From Octopus bimaculoides (taxonomy: Eukaryota): a DNA stretch of 64,000 nucleotides. A program made the translations under genes and the position numbers. The first letter of the stretch is position 1. Each line of letters opens with the position of its first letter. The notes under the pieces were generated by a model. It saw only the letters and a list, made by a program, of their open reading frames with translations. It searched no databases and was not told the DNA's origin. The stretch covers positions 46,189,894-46,253,893 of the forward strand of contig NC_068985.1 in assembly GCF_001194135.2 (NCBI RefSeq). Reading direction: 5' to 3'. This document shows positions 25,790 through 37,316 of the stretch, piece after piece.

Positions 25790-25807
25790 CTTCATGCAGC
25801 TATGTGT
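25790..25807 (-). CDS. Candidate 18-nt microexon (THSCMK in phase 0)
   Basis: Minus strand gcaatcactttcttcatttag|ACACATAGCTGCATGAAG|gtgaga. Only the phase-0 frame is open. Splice-signal evidence only. Confidence 0.3.
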
Positions 25808-26540
25808 CTAAATGAAGAAAGTGATTGCAATATGAATAATCCAGTCAATAACCTAAAAGAATGTGTAAATATTTGCATAGCTTTACACTCTTTCTATTTG
25901 CACTTCATCTTTTTTTTAATATCATAATTCTGTGACTGTTGAAGGAAAGTCGGTATTTCACATAATGCTATGAGCTGAGTTTCAATAGAATCAGTTACAC
26001 TATATCCATAAATAAACGTTCAACTTTAGGCAGATTTTTTAGATTTTTTTTTTAATAATGTTTGCTTCCATAAGTTTGAGAGAATCCATTTTGAAATATG
26101 AGGCTGTGAGGATAGGGTGCTTGCTGGGTTACAGGCCACAAATGTTCTAAAAACAGGGTCCATTGTATGAATTCTGCTTTACTGTAGATTACTCTTCTTG
26201 CTTTTGTCAAGGTGTGGGGAACCTGCAACTTTTGAAGCCATTAAGTACAGTCTAATAAAAGATGTCTAGATTCTGATTAAAAAAATAACATTTGAATACA
26301 TTGTTTTATTTTGATTTCAATAATCTTGAAATCATACCATTAAAGGGTCAATTTATATTACATGTATAGCTTGCTCTGTAGGATATCGCTTTCATTGGCT
26401 TTCAAATGGTGTTCACAGAAATTTCGGTAGCTTCTGACAGCAGGTTAGTTTTAATATTTTTCCAATAAATGTAATTATATTTTACTGTGTATTTAATAAT
26501 ATTTTCTTTAATGCAGTGTTATTAAATTAGATTTAATTCA

Positions 26541-26880
26541 GAGTTGCCTTGTGTGGTAAGAAGCTTGCTTCCCAACCACATGGTACCAGGTTCAGTCTCA
26601 CTGTGTTGCACCTTGGGCAAGTGTCTTCTACTATAGCCTTGACCAACTAAAGCTTTGTGAGTGGATTTGGTAGATGGAAACGGAAAGAAGATTGCTGTGT
26701 GTGTGTGTGTGTATCTTTGTGTTTGTGTTTGTTCCCCACCACAACTTGACAGCCAAGAGACCGACAGAATAGGTACCAGTCTTAAAAAAAAATACTGGTG
26801 TCAGTTCATTCAACTTAAGAGTCCTTCAAGCCCCAGCATGACCGCAGTCTAATTACTGAAACAAGTAAAAGATAAAAGAT
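26541..26880 (+). mobile_element. SINE family A
   Basis: Head, internal (TG)n and AAAAGAT tail all match family A. Confidence 0.8.
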
Positions 26881-26978
26881 ACCCCTGCTCTAGGTGAAAA
26901 GCAAGAGGAAAGTATCCAACCACCTCCAAAACAATAGTTATTACTGAAGTATAAAATATAGTTCCTTGTCTATGTTAA

Positions 26979-27201
26979 CTCATTAAGTCCCACTGTCCTA
27001 TAAATAGGACATTAAATGAGAACATTAAATAAGCTGTATCACATTGTCTCAGTGTCCTATTTATAGGACACCGAGTATTTCCATTTCTACTTGAAGTAAA
27101 GGAGTTTTAATAATTATTTGTTTCATTATAACCTATTTTCAATCATCTGCAAAAATTTTAAAGTAATAATCAGAAATTTAAGTACTCTGGGACTTAATGG
27201 G
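26979..27201. mobile_element. piggyBac-type MITE family P3 with two internal 18-bp palindromes
   Basis: TTAA|CTCATTAAGTCCCA...TGGGACTTAATGGG|TTAA. Internal TGTCCTATAAATAGGACA and TGTCCTATTTATAGGACA. Confidence 0.8.
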
Positions 27202-28517
27202 TTAATATGGAAAGAATAAATGTAAAACAATGAGATAAAAATAACAAACCATAGAAACACTACATTCGTTGTTTACATTCATTGACAGAATTTAAAGTGA
27301 GCCCCACAGTAGGCAGTTGCTCAACCTGCTAAATATAGCAACTAAATCTCCCTTGAATTATTACCCAACCATCTTAAAAAATGCATTGGGTAATACGGTC
27401 CTGGATTTATAAAATAATTGGAAGGTTAGAGCTAGGATAATTCTGATCATAAGGACTGACCTTGGGGTAAATAACAGCAACAATAGCTACATTATTTGAA
27501 ATAGAAAAATTTTCTGCCATAACAGTATACATTCTCCTATGCAAATGGTTGTTTCATCCCCTAGAAATAACTGCCAAATTTCCTTCGAATCGCACCATCA
27601 TGGAAAGTAGAAGCATGCATAGGATAACATATTTATTTACAGGTACTGTTAAAAACAAACAAAGAACTCAAAACAAAGCAGGATAGTCATAGCTTGAATG
27701 ATTGGGTCCTTACCTGGATCAACCACCACCACAATCACCACCAACTTTCTCATATTGAAAAAATTGTTTGTGGGAAGTTTCCACATCTTCCATATTCTTC
27801 ATACTTTGCTGTCTCTCCTTCAAGAGTGTTATTCCGGACTTGGTAAGGTTATCTTAACTTTAGAAGTAGTATCCTATTTAGATGACCTAAAGCAAAACAT
27901 CTTTTGTATAGAAACCAACCAGAATTATATAAAATTGGCATTTGAAAGCTTTTGAACCATTTGGCAAAATGTTAATGAAAGTGATTGTAAATTTATGCTA
28001 GATTAATAAATGTCCTTTGAAACTTTGGTATTAAAAGATCACACATGGAAATTCCTATATGTGTGTGTGTGTATGTGTGTGGATGCAGCATTATGAATGA
28101 TTAAATTCACTTCCCAGTCACCAGGCCCTGAGTTCAATTCCACTGCATAGCTTCTGAGGAAAGTGTTATTCACTATAGTGTTGACTTGTGCTAAGTAAGT
28201 GAAAACAGGTGAGCAGAAGCTGTTTACATGTTTCTTTGATGGATTGTATCTGTAATGTGTACGCATACACATGCATAGGCTAGAAATGTCCTGTGATCAA
28301 TTTGATACAGAACCTTTTTGATATCAATAACTGGCTGCTAACTGAGTGCGTTTAGGACCCATTTTACATAATGTTTTTTTTTATTATAATACACAATCTT
28401 TACTCATTTTCACATCCATAACTTGTCTGATGACCCGGTGAGCACACAGGCAAAAGTACAAAGTAGCAGGAGACTGACTCAACGAAAATAAAACACTAAA
28501 CAAGGATATCCATTCAT

Positions 28518-28750
28518 ACATCATGGCCGTTGCCAGTACCGCCTGACTGGCCTTCGTGTGGGTGACACGTAAAAGCACCCACTACACTCTCTGAGTGGTT
28601 GGCGTTAGGAAGGGCATCCAACTGTAGAAACTCTGCCAAATCAGATTGGAGCCTGGTGTTGCCATCCGGTTTCACCAGTCCTCAGTCAAATCGTCCAACC
28701 CATGCTAGCATGGAAAGTGGACGTTAAACGATGATGATGATGATGATGAT
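28518..28750 (+). mobile_element. RTE-related short element family R, longest and least decayed copy
   Basis: GGCGTTAGGAAGGGCATCCAACTGTAGAAAC...CCAACCCATGCTAGCATGGAAAGTGGACGTTAAAC(GAT)n. The GGCGTTAGGAAGGGCATCC motif resembles RTE 5' UTRs. Confidence 0.75.
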
Positions 28751-29640
28751 GACATCTGTGGAAGAGCATGGGTTAGTTGTTAGAGTGTTGTATTCATGAT
28801 TGTAAGATTGTATTTTTGATTCCTCACAATATATAGTCAAGCCTAGTATTTCACTAGCAAATTAATTTTACCCAGTACTGGTGCCCCGTAAAAATCACCC
28901 ATTACACTGTAAAGTGGTTGGCATAGTAAACCTTGCCAAAACAGACAATTGGAGCCTTTTGCAGCTCTCTGGCTTGTCAGATCCTGTCAAACCATCGAAC
29001 CCATGCCAGCATGGAAAGTGGATGTTAAATGACAATGAAAAGACAAATATTAGAGCTGGTATCAGCATGATTTGAACTTACATTGCAAAGTTCTGTGATT
29101 AAAAACCACAATTCATTTTGCCCAATGCTCTTATGACTATTCTGCCAATCAACTGTCTTATGTAATAAATACAAGCTCTTTTATTCTATATTGCTGTTAA
29201 ATCCATTTGTTTATTTTTGTATATAAATATGTATCTACTGCTTGGTGCTTTAATGTCCAGAGTTTTGAGTAATTACATATTTTACACATGCTCTGTGTGT
29301 ATAGATCATCGTTTTACCATCTCTTTTTTTTATTTTTGTCATCTTTTTACCTTTCTCAGTCATACTGCACACATGCACGGGCTGATTTACATCTCAATCC
29401 ATCAATCTGACACTCCTTCTCTAGAGATGCTATGTAGCTGCATAGATCTACTTGTTATTACCTAATTTCTTTCAGACTCCTTTACTATATTATCAATTAT
29501 CTCCAAGCAGTCTCTCTTTCCTTGTGTATTAATTTAAAAAAAATTTCTTCTACAACTAACTCTTTGTGTCTCCATGCTTCTTTACATTTTTCCCGTCCAC
29601 TATATCCATTCCTAAAAATATTTTATTACTTTTATATTTG

Positions 29641-29813
29641 TGGCTGTGTGGTAAGAAGCTTGCTTCCCAACCACATGGTTCTGAGTTCAATCTCACTGTA
29701 TGGCACCTTGGGCAAGTGTCTTCTACTATAGTCATGAGGTGACAGAAGCCTTGTGAGTGGATTTGGTAGATGAAAACTGAAAGAAGTCTGTTGTATCTAT
29801 ATATAAGTTTGTC

Positions 29814-29889
<76 letters not shown>

Positions 29890-31318
29890 AGAATAATTAC
29901 TATGAAGCATTGTGTATAATATATTGTATAAAGGATCGTGTGTAAGGCCATAACAATGCGAAGTAAATGCAAGGTAAATTACAAGAAAACAAATATGTGA
30001 ATTAATGTAGACTTATCTTGTATTCAATATTTCAGGGTTAGGACCCCATTTTCAAGAAATTGATGAATGTTGCCCATGTGCATATATGTGAGCGTGTGTG
30101 GAGTGGACATGTGCAGAAGAGTGTTGCTACAGCAACCAGCTAGCTTCCTGTAACTCTCTTCTATTGTTGATCTTAGGTTTCTTTTGGTATATGAGGATGG
30201 CCTCAGAGATTCTAAGGTTGCCCCTGTTCTGCTGTGTTGCCCTGATATGCACTGTGAATTCCCGGGTCTGGCATTTCCATAGAAGCTTCTTCACTGAAGT
30301 GTCTGCTTGCATGTGTTCCTTGACGTGTATATGCAGTTTTCTTGTTGTGCTTCTGATGTAGGATGCACCACATTTGCTACAGATGATCTCATATACAACA
30401 TAGGTCCTCTGGTACAATTCAAGGTCATTGATGGGGCAGTTTGACAATGTGCACTCCTCGGAGTAGTGAGAGGTGTTGTTCTTGGACAGAGCTTTTCTCA
30501 AGGAAGGGCCGGTGTGCACTATCTGTATATTGAGTCTTTCCCTGCAGACTGCATGTTGTATTGCTGTAGTAGTTCAGTTGTCAAAGTGTGGTAGCTTTAG
30601 GAAGCACGTGCTGGACTTGGGTGTATGATGGTTCTTCCAGGGTCTATTGACCTTGATGTTCTTCAGGCACCGTTGTTTAGCTAAAGATGGTGGGTAGCCA
30701 TTCGGGGTTAGGAGTCTGAGGAACTGTTTGGTGTTGACCCTGAATGGCTACCAACCATGCACATNNNNNNNNNNNNNNNNNNNNNNNNNNNNNNNNNNNN
30801 NNNNNNNNNNNNNNNNNNNNNNNNNNNNNNNNNNNNNNNNNNNNNNNNNNNNNNNNNNNNNNNNNNNNNNNNNNNNNNNNNNNNNNNNNNNNNNNNNNNN
30901 NNNNNNNNNNNNNNNNNNNNNNNNNNNNNNNNNNNNNNNNNNNNNNNNNNNNNNNNNNNNNNNNNNNNNNNNNNNNNNNNNNNNNNNNNNNNNNNNNNNN
31001 NNNNNNNNNNNNNNNNNNNNNNNNNNNNNNNNNNNNNNNNNNNNNNNNNNNNNNNNNNNNNNNNNNNNNNNNNNNNNNNNNNNNNNNNNNNNNNNNNNNN
31101 NNNNNNNNNNNNNNNNNNNNNNNNNNNNNNNNNNNNNNNNNNNNNNNNNNNNNNNNNNNNNNNNNNNNNNNNNNNNNNNNNNNNNNNNNNNNNNNNNNNN
31201 NNNNNNNNNNNNNNNNNNNNNNNNNNNNNNNNNNNNNNNNNNNNNNNNNNNNNNNNNNNNNNNNNNNNNNNNNNNNNNNNNNNNNNNNNNNNNNNNNNNN
31301 NNNNNNNNNNNNNNNNNN

Positions 31319-31369
<51 letters not shown>

Positions 31370-31574
31370 ATTTGTCCTCCCCTCCTCACCATTTGATAAC
31401 CTGTGTTGGTGTGTTTAAATCTCCGTAATTTAGTGGTTCAGCAAAAGTGATTGACAGAATAACTACTAGGCTTAAAAAATAATCCTGGGGTCTATTTGTT
31501 CGACTAAATCCTTCAAGGCTGTGCTCCAGCATGACCACAGTCAAATGACTGAAATGAATAAAAGAATAAAGAAT
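29641..31574 (+). mobile_element. SINE family A split by a Penelope-like insertion
   Basis: Head at 29641-29820 ends in (TA)n. The tail resumes after (TA)n at ~31350 and ends in the family A stem-loop at ~31570. Confidence 0.75.
29885..30764 (-). mobile_element. Penelope-like retroelement 3' part: RT-thumb/linker + GIY-YIG endonuclease, degenerate, truncated by gap
   Basis: Minus frame reads LLTPNGYPPS...FLKLPHFDN*...HTGPSLRKAL...YVVYEIICSKCGASYIRSTTRKLHIHVKEH...NLRISEAILIYQKKPKINNRREL. These are the PLE L..NGYP, VVY.I.C..C...YIG.T.R.L..R..EH and EA..I...P.IN motifs. One in-frame stop. Confidence 0.9.
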
Positions 31575-32273
31575 TTAATTTTGTTGTTGTTGGCACTGTT
31601 TCTCGTTTCCCTTTTTTCTTAAGAGAGGATATTCTGCAGGCTTAGAACTAGCAGCCAAATCCCATTCAAATCTTAACCTTATAGCATGTAATGTCATCAA
31701 GTCCTTAAGATAACCTGACAGATGGGATGGTCATGACTGGAAAATGTTTGATCATAAATCTTGTTTAATCAGGGCTGGCCTTTAAAGTAACAACTAACTG
31801 TACTTCTATCCCCCCCCCCAGCTTCATTACTGCTCTGGCACCTCTTCCTTCTCCCCACTTTACCTATCTGACTTTCATGTTTTCCCTCCTTTCTTTGTAT
31901 ATTTTCTCTCTTCTATTATCTTGTTTGTTCTTCTTCCTCCTTCCATTTTCTTCTCCATATACTTCCTAACATTCTTCCATTTCTTCTTTCAGTCTTGTCT
32001 GTCTCTCCATTGTATTTGTCATTATGTTTTTCTTTCTTCCTTCCTTCCTTCCTTTTATGCATTCTCAATTTGTCCTTTCTATGAGCTTGTTTTTCCCTCA
32101 GTCTTTTTTTCCTTCAAAAGTAATAACTTCTCTTCTAAAGAAGAGTCAGACTGTTATTTCTCTTTTATAATTTCTACTTTACTTGCTTCTTTATATCTCT
32201 GGACAAATCCCTATAATAAATAAATAAATAAATAAATAAATAAAATACACTATAATTAAAAATAAATGTTTAT

Positions 32274-32648
32274 AGAACAACATGGTTCCGTGTTCAGTCC
32301 CACTGCGAGGCATCTTGGGCAAATATCTTCTACTATAGCCTCGGGCCGACCAAAGCCTTGTGAGTGGATTTGGTAGACGGAAACTGAAAGAAGCCCGTCG
32401 TATATATGTATATATATATATATGTATATGTGTGTGTTTGTGTGTCTGTGTTTGTCCCCCTAGCATTGCTTGACAAACGATGCTGGTGTGTTTATGTCTC
32501 CGTCACTTAGCGGTTCGGCAAAAGAGATCGATAGAATAAGTACCAGGCTTACAAAGAATAAGTCCCGGGGTTGATTTGCTCGACTAAAAGGCGGTGCTCC
32601 AGCATGGCTGCAGTCAAATGACTGAAACAAGTAAAAGAGTAAAAGAGA
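32274..32648 (+). mobile_element. SINE family A, young, 5'-truncated
   Basis: High similarity to 500-1128, with many CpGs retained. Confidence 0.85.
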
Positions 32649-33314
32649 TTTGATTTTAAAATATATCAAAAAATATTATTCATATATAAATATTCATTAT
32701 ACAATTGGCATTTGCTTACTGGAATGCTCTAAAGTTGTTCGTTTTTTATATGTATTTTCTTTTCACTCTACATTCTATTTCATCCATTTCCTGAAGATTT
32801 CAGCTGAATGCTTTGGAAAATACCAACATTTACATTCTACTGAAACCTTTTCTGTTCTTAACCCTTTTTACTTAATACTATCTTTTCCTGAGATTGTAGT
32901 TGAATGAATGCTTTTAACCGAAATGGCTTTTGTTTTAAAACTTACATTTGCCCTGTTCTTTGACATGAATTTTTTTTTTTTTACTTTTCCATCAAACATT
33001 TTACTTTCTGTGAAAAGTATGTAAGACCTGACCAAATTTTTTTATCTTGCTAGAAGTATGTTTTTAAATTTGGCTAATTGTATTGACCCAAATATATAAT
33101 TTTGGTATAGTCACAGCTTAACAATCGTTTTCGTTCAAGGATCCCATTATGGACATTATTCACCTCAGTGATAGATGTTTATTGGTTGAAAGTAAAAGTA
33201 TTTTGCTATTTGTAGTATTTCTTAATTGCAGATATATAGAAACAAAATGTTTGTGTTAACTTACAAAAAAATAACCATTTCTTTGTAAATTAAATTGTAT
33301 ATAAAATCACTATA

Positions 33315-33709
33315 GTGGAGGCGCAATGGCCCAGTGGTTAGGGCAGTGGATTCGCGGTCATAGGATCGCGGTTTCAATTCCCAGACCGGGCGTTGTGAGT
33401 GTTTATTGAGCGAAAACACCTAAAAGCTCCACGAGGCTCTGGCAGGGGATGGTGGCGAACCCTGCTGTACTCTTCCACCACAACTTTCTCTCACTCTTAC
33501 TTCCTGTTTCTGTTGTGCCTGTAATTCAAAGGGTCAGCCTTGTCACACTGTGTCACGCTGAATATCCCCGAGAACTACGTTAAGGGTACACGTGTCTGTG
33601 GAGTGCTCAGCCATTTGCACGTTAATTTCACGAGCAAGCTGTTCCGTTGATCAGATCAACTGGAACCCTTGACGTTGTAAGCGACAGAGTGCCAACAACA
33701 ACAACAACA
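33315..33709 (+). mobile_element. Full-length tRNA-headed SINE family C with 12-bp TSD
   Basis: TSD AAAATCACTATA at 33303-33314 and 33710-33721. tRNA-like head GGCCCAGTGGTTAGGGCA...GGTTTCAATTCCC; (CAA)n tail. Confidence 0.9.
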
Positions 33710-34377
33710 AAAATCACTATAAAGATGTAAATATTAAGCTATAAAGGCTGCCAAAAATTAACCTCAATGAGATTATACTTTATTTATAAAAAAAAATATT
33801 CATTAGAATTATAAAATATACAGGAAGTTTGAATAAATTTTGGAAAATCAAAATCTGTGACAGTTTAAAAAAAATCTTAGTCAAAATAGCTTAGCTGAAA
33901 AGATCAACATTTCTCTGTGTGTGCATGTGTTTGTGTATTTATGGAATTTACAATATTAAAGGAACATTGTCAGGTCACTTAAATTAAGAACTCAAAGCAA
34001 GAAGTATGGTAATTAAGACTTTTAATCCTTAACAGTGAATCTGACAATATATTTTGTTTCGCTTGAAGGCTTTGTCAAAATAGTAAACTGAATAGTTACT
34101 GACATCTTTACAACCAAATAATTACTATCAACTCTATCATTGTAACACCTGTAGGTGGTGTAAATTGGTCTAAAAGTGTTTGAGCATCAGACAAAAATGT
34201 CTGCGGTACATATTTACAGTGCAGTTTATGTTCTAAGGTCAACTTTGCCTTTCATCATTCTATCATTGATAAAATAATACACCAGTCATGTACTGAGAGT
34301 TGATTCAATATTTGTGAATAGAATTATAACCGGAAACTCAGTCTCAACAGCTCAAATATACTGTGAATGAATGGATC

Positions 34378-35125
34378 CTTTCATTCTTTTACTTGCGGCC
34401 ATGCTGGAGCATCGCCTTCAAGGGTTTTAATCGAAATAAATCAACCCCAGGACTTTTTCTTTTTTGAGATTAATACTTATACTATTGGTCTCTTTTGCTG
34501 AACCACAAAGTTACAAGGATGTAAACACACCAACACCAGTTGTCAAATAGTGATGGTGGGGGACAAAAACAGACACAAACACACACACGCACACACACAG
34601 AGTGGTGAGGAGCTTATTTTCCAACTACATGGTTCCGGGTTCAGTCCCACTGCATGGTACCTTGGGCAAGTGTCTTCTACTATAGCCTCAGGCCAGCCAA
34701 AGCTGTGTGTGTGGATTTGGTAGGAAACTGAAAGAAGCCCATCATAATATATATATGTGTGTGTGTGTGTATTTGTGTTTGATTGTCCTGTCACCATTGC
34801 TTGACAACTGATGTTGGTGTGTTTACGTCCCCGTAACTTAGCAGTTTGGCAAAAGAGACTGATAGAATAAGTACTAGACTTACAAAGATTTGTTTCACCA
34901 AAGGCAGTGCTCCAGCATGGCTGCAGTCAAAGACTGAAACAAGTAAAAGAATAAAAGAATATATGTTTATATACAGTGGGTTTCTTTCAGTTTCTGTCTT
35001 CCAAATCCACTCACAAGGCTTTGATCAGTCCAAGGCTATAGCAGAAGACACTTGTTCAAGGTGCCACGCAGTGGAACTGAACTGAGAACCATGTGGCTGG
35101 GAAGCAAGCTTATTACCACACAGCC
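34378..35125 (-). mobile_element. Antisense SINE family A interrupted by a sense copy of the same family (34600-34960)
   Basis: Minus-strand head at 35125-34975 and tail at 34598-34378 flank a complete plus-strand copy. Confidence 0.75.
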
Positions 35126-35349
35126 AAATTCTTTCTAATTTTGGCATCAAGATCAGGAATTTTTGATGGGAGGGGGCAATTTGATTACATTGAACGTTGT
35201 ACTTGACTGTCACTTTTTCCTATTGATCCCAAAACTATGAAAGGCAAAGTAGACTTTGGCAGGATTAGAATGTAAAGAGCTGAAAAAATACCACAAAGCA
35301 TTTTGTCCAAACTGTTAACAATTCTGCAAGCTTGTCACCTTAATAATCC

Positions 35350-35560
35350 TTTCTACTACAAGCACAAGGCCTGAAACTTTAGAGGAGGTGGCTAATCGAT
35401 TGCATCGACCCCATGGCTCAACCAGTACTTATTTCATCGACTCCGAAAGGATGAAAGATAAAGTTGACCTCTGCAGAATTTGAACTCAAAAAATATAGTG
35501 ACAGATGACATACTACTTAGCATTTCACCTGGTGTGCTAATGATTCTGCCAGCTCACGTT
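35350..35560 (-). mobile_element. SINE family B (antisense)
   Basis: Reverse complement of the family B consensus. Confidence 0.75.
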
Positions 35561-35589
35561 ACCTCCTTAATAATTATGATAATTCTTTG

Positions 35590-35868
35590 TCCTGTAGGTA
35601 CTTCTTTCTTCTTGCCTTTAACCCTCCAACGTGGAGTATAGGTCACTTATAATTGAATTCCATGTCGCATAATTTCTCGCTTCTGTACTTATACTCTGCC
35701 ATGAATGTCCCCCTTTCTCTAGTTCCTTTTGTGTTGATCTATGCCATGAGTTCTTAGGCCTACCCCTCTTTCTATATCCATCCGGATTCCACTGTAAAGC
35801 ACTTTTCACTGCATTTGGTGTGTCCTTTCTAATTGTGCTACCAATCCACTTCCACTTTTTCTGTAGGT
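35590..35868 (-). mobile_element. RTE-clade LINE 3' fragment
   Basis: KKWKWIGSTIRK...ALQWNPDGYRKRGRPKNSWHRS matches the RTE C-terminal W.WIGH.LR...AL.WNP.G.RKRGRP.NTW.R motif. Confidence 0.85.
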
Positions 35869-36511
35869 ACAAGGCCTGAAATTTTGGGGAGAGGAAAGAA
35901 GTTGGTTACATAATCTCCAGTACCTGAGTGATACTTTATCTTATCAACCTCAAAAGGATGAACACCAATATCAGCCTTGGTGGAATTTGAGTTCAGAACG
36001 TAAAGAGCTAAAAAAAAAGCCGTCACTTAGCATTTTTTTGATGCTCCTAAGGATTCAAATCCAGTATCTTATAGTCACCATTACAACTCACTCTGAGTCA
36101 CTGGAATGGCTCAGGATAGACTGATAAGCTTGTCTGATATACAGTAATTACATAACGAGTCCTTCTTTTTTTAAAGAGACTTTTGTTTCCGTTGTCAATA
36201 GTGTAAATGCTGCTTCTTTGTTCATTTAAACTATTTATGTCTAATATAACGTGTGATTCATCCACTTTCTATCTCTTTCCTACATGCACTCATTTGGAGG
36301 TGTTATGTTAAAGAAAAAGTACTCAAGAAATGATTTAGTTTGTTTATTTAACTGTTTAAAGCTGGTGATTCAATTCGGACAGTACTCGTAGTTTCTTGTT
36401 AAGTGTGATCCTTCCATTGTTTTGCTGCCCTAAGGATCATTCATGTTGAGTAGAAGACTCTTAACTTTGTGAGAGTATGTGTGTGGGTATATATATATAC
36501 ATATATATATA

Positions 36512-36647
36512 TCATCATCATCATCATCATCATCGTTTAACGTCCGCTTTCCATGCTAGCATGGGTTGGACGATTTGACTGAGGACTGGGGAAACCGGAT
36601 GGCAACACCAGCCTCCAATCTAAATTTGGCAGAGTTTCTACAGCTAC
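36512..36647 (-). mobile_element. RTE-related short element family R, truncated at (TA)n
   Basis: Reverse complement of the 28.6-28.75 kb copy. Confidence 0.8.
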
Positions 36648-36660
36648 ATATATATATATA

Positions 36661-36850
36661 TGGGAGAATTTACGAAAACAACAACAGACGAGGACAGGTG
36701 GTGTAAACAACAAAAGGATGTATTAGTTTAACGCTCAGGAATAGAGAAAGTCTTTAACGTTTCGAGCTACGCTCTTCGACAGAAAGAAATAAGGGGAAAA
36801 ACAAGGAGAAAAAAAATTAAAATGTAGTAGTCAGCGATCTATCACGGCGA
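36661..36850 (-). mobile_element. ~190-bp Penelope-type non-autonomous element / terminal repeat with hammerhead-like motif, flanked by (TA)n
   Basis: Minus strand TCTTT-CTGTCGA-A-GAGC-GTA-GCTC-GAAA-CGTT-AAAGA (36751-36786). Stems I and II pair perfectly. Confidence 0.7.
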
Positions 36851-36879
36851 CTATATATATGAGTGTGTGTGTGTGTGTG

Positions 36880-37098
36880 TATGAGCGGGTGCTGAAAAGT
36901 TCCTGGCTTTAAGGGTGTCGTGAAAGGCCTGTTTGGAGACCCAACCTTCTGAGTTCTTTTACAGGACTTAGTAAATTTGAAGGACCAGTGCAATAAGCAT
37001 GTGAATCTGAGAGAGGAATATGTTGAATAAAATCATAATTAACTGGTCCTGTATTTTCTTTTACCCAAAGCCAGGAACTTTTTAAGTACCTCCCTCGT
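36880..37098 (+). mobile_element. mariner-derived MITE
   Basis: TIRs ..GGGTGCTGAAAAGTTCCTGGCTTT / AAAGCCAGGAACTTTTAAGTACC... Internal remnant translates DQCNKHVNLREEYVE*, like the mariner transposase C-terminus (W.KCV...GEY.E*). Confidence 0.85.
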
Positions 37099-37232
37099 GT
37101 GTGTATATACATACATATATCGACAGTAGTTCATATTTCCGAAAAAGAAGCTCAGTCTAAAACATTAGAGTAGTAATATATTTTTAGACGGTTGATTGGT
37201 ATGACTAGTTAGAGAAAGACCAATAGTTTTGC

Positions 37233-37316
37233 ACCTATAAAGCGCTTAGCTGTATAGGTGACCGAGACTCAGATGGAGGCCATTTGAGTCTGATAAGTCG
37301 CCTATACTTTATAGGT
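37233..37316 (+). other. 32-bp multi-stem inverted repeat of unknown nature
   Basis: Stems 37233-42/37307-16, 37253-62/37297-306 and 37265-76/37280-91, checked by hand; two G-U pairs. Confidence 0.55.

Noticed and set aside
27710-27890. Minus-strand exon with strong CAG|gtaagg donor
   Set aside because: All three frames from the available acceptors contain stops. It may be a decayed LINE tail, but that is not supportable.
33315-33390. tRNA gene (also similar heads at 500, 6665, 7458)
   Set aside because: These have A/B-box-like motifs but no complete cloverleaf. Each continues into a multicopy SINE body, with a tail and TSD in the 33.3-kb copy.
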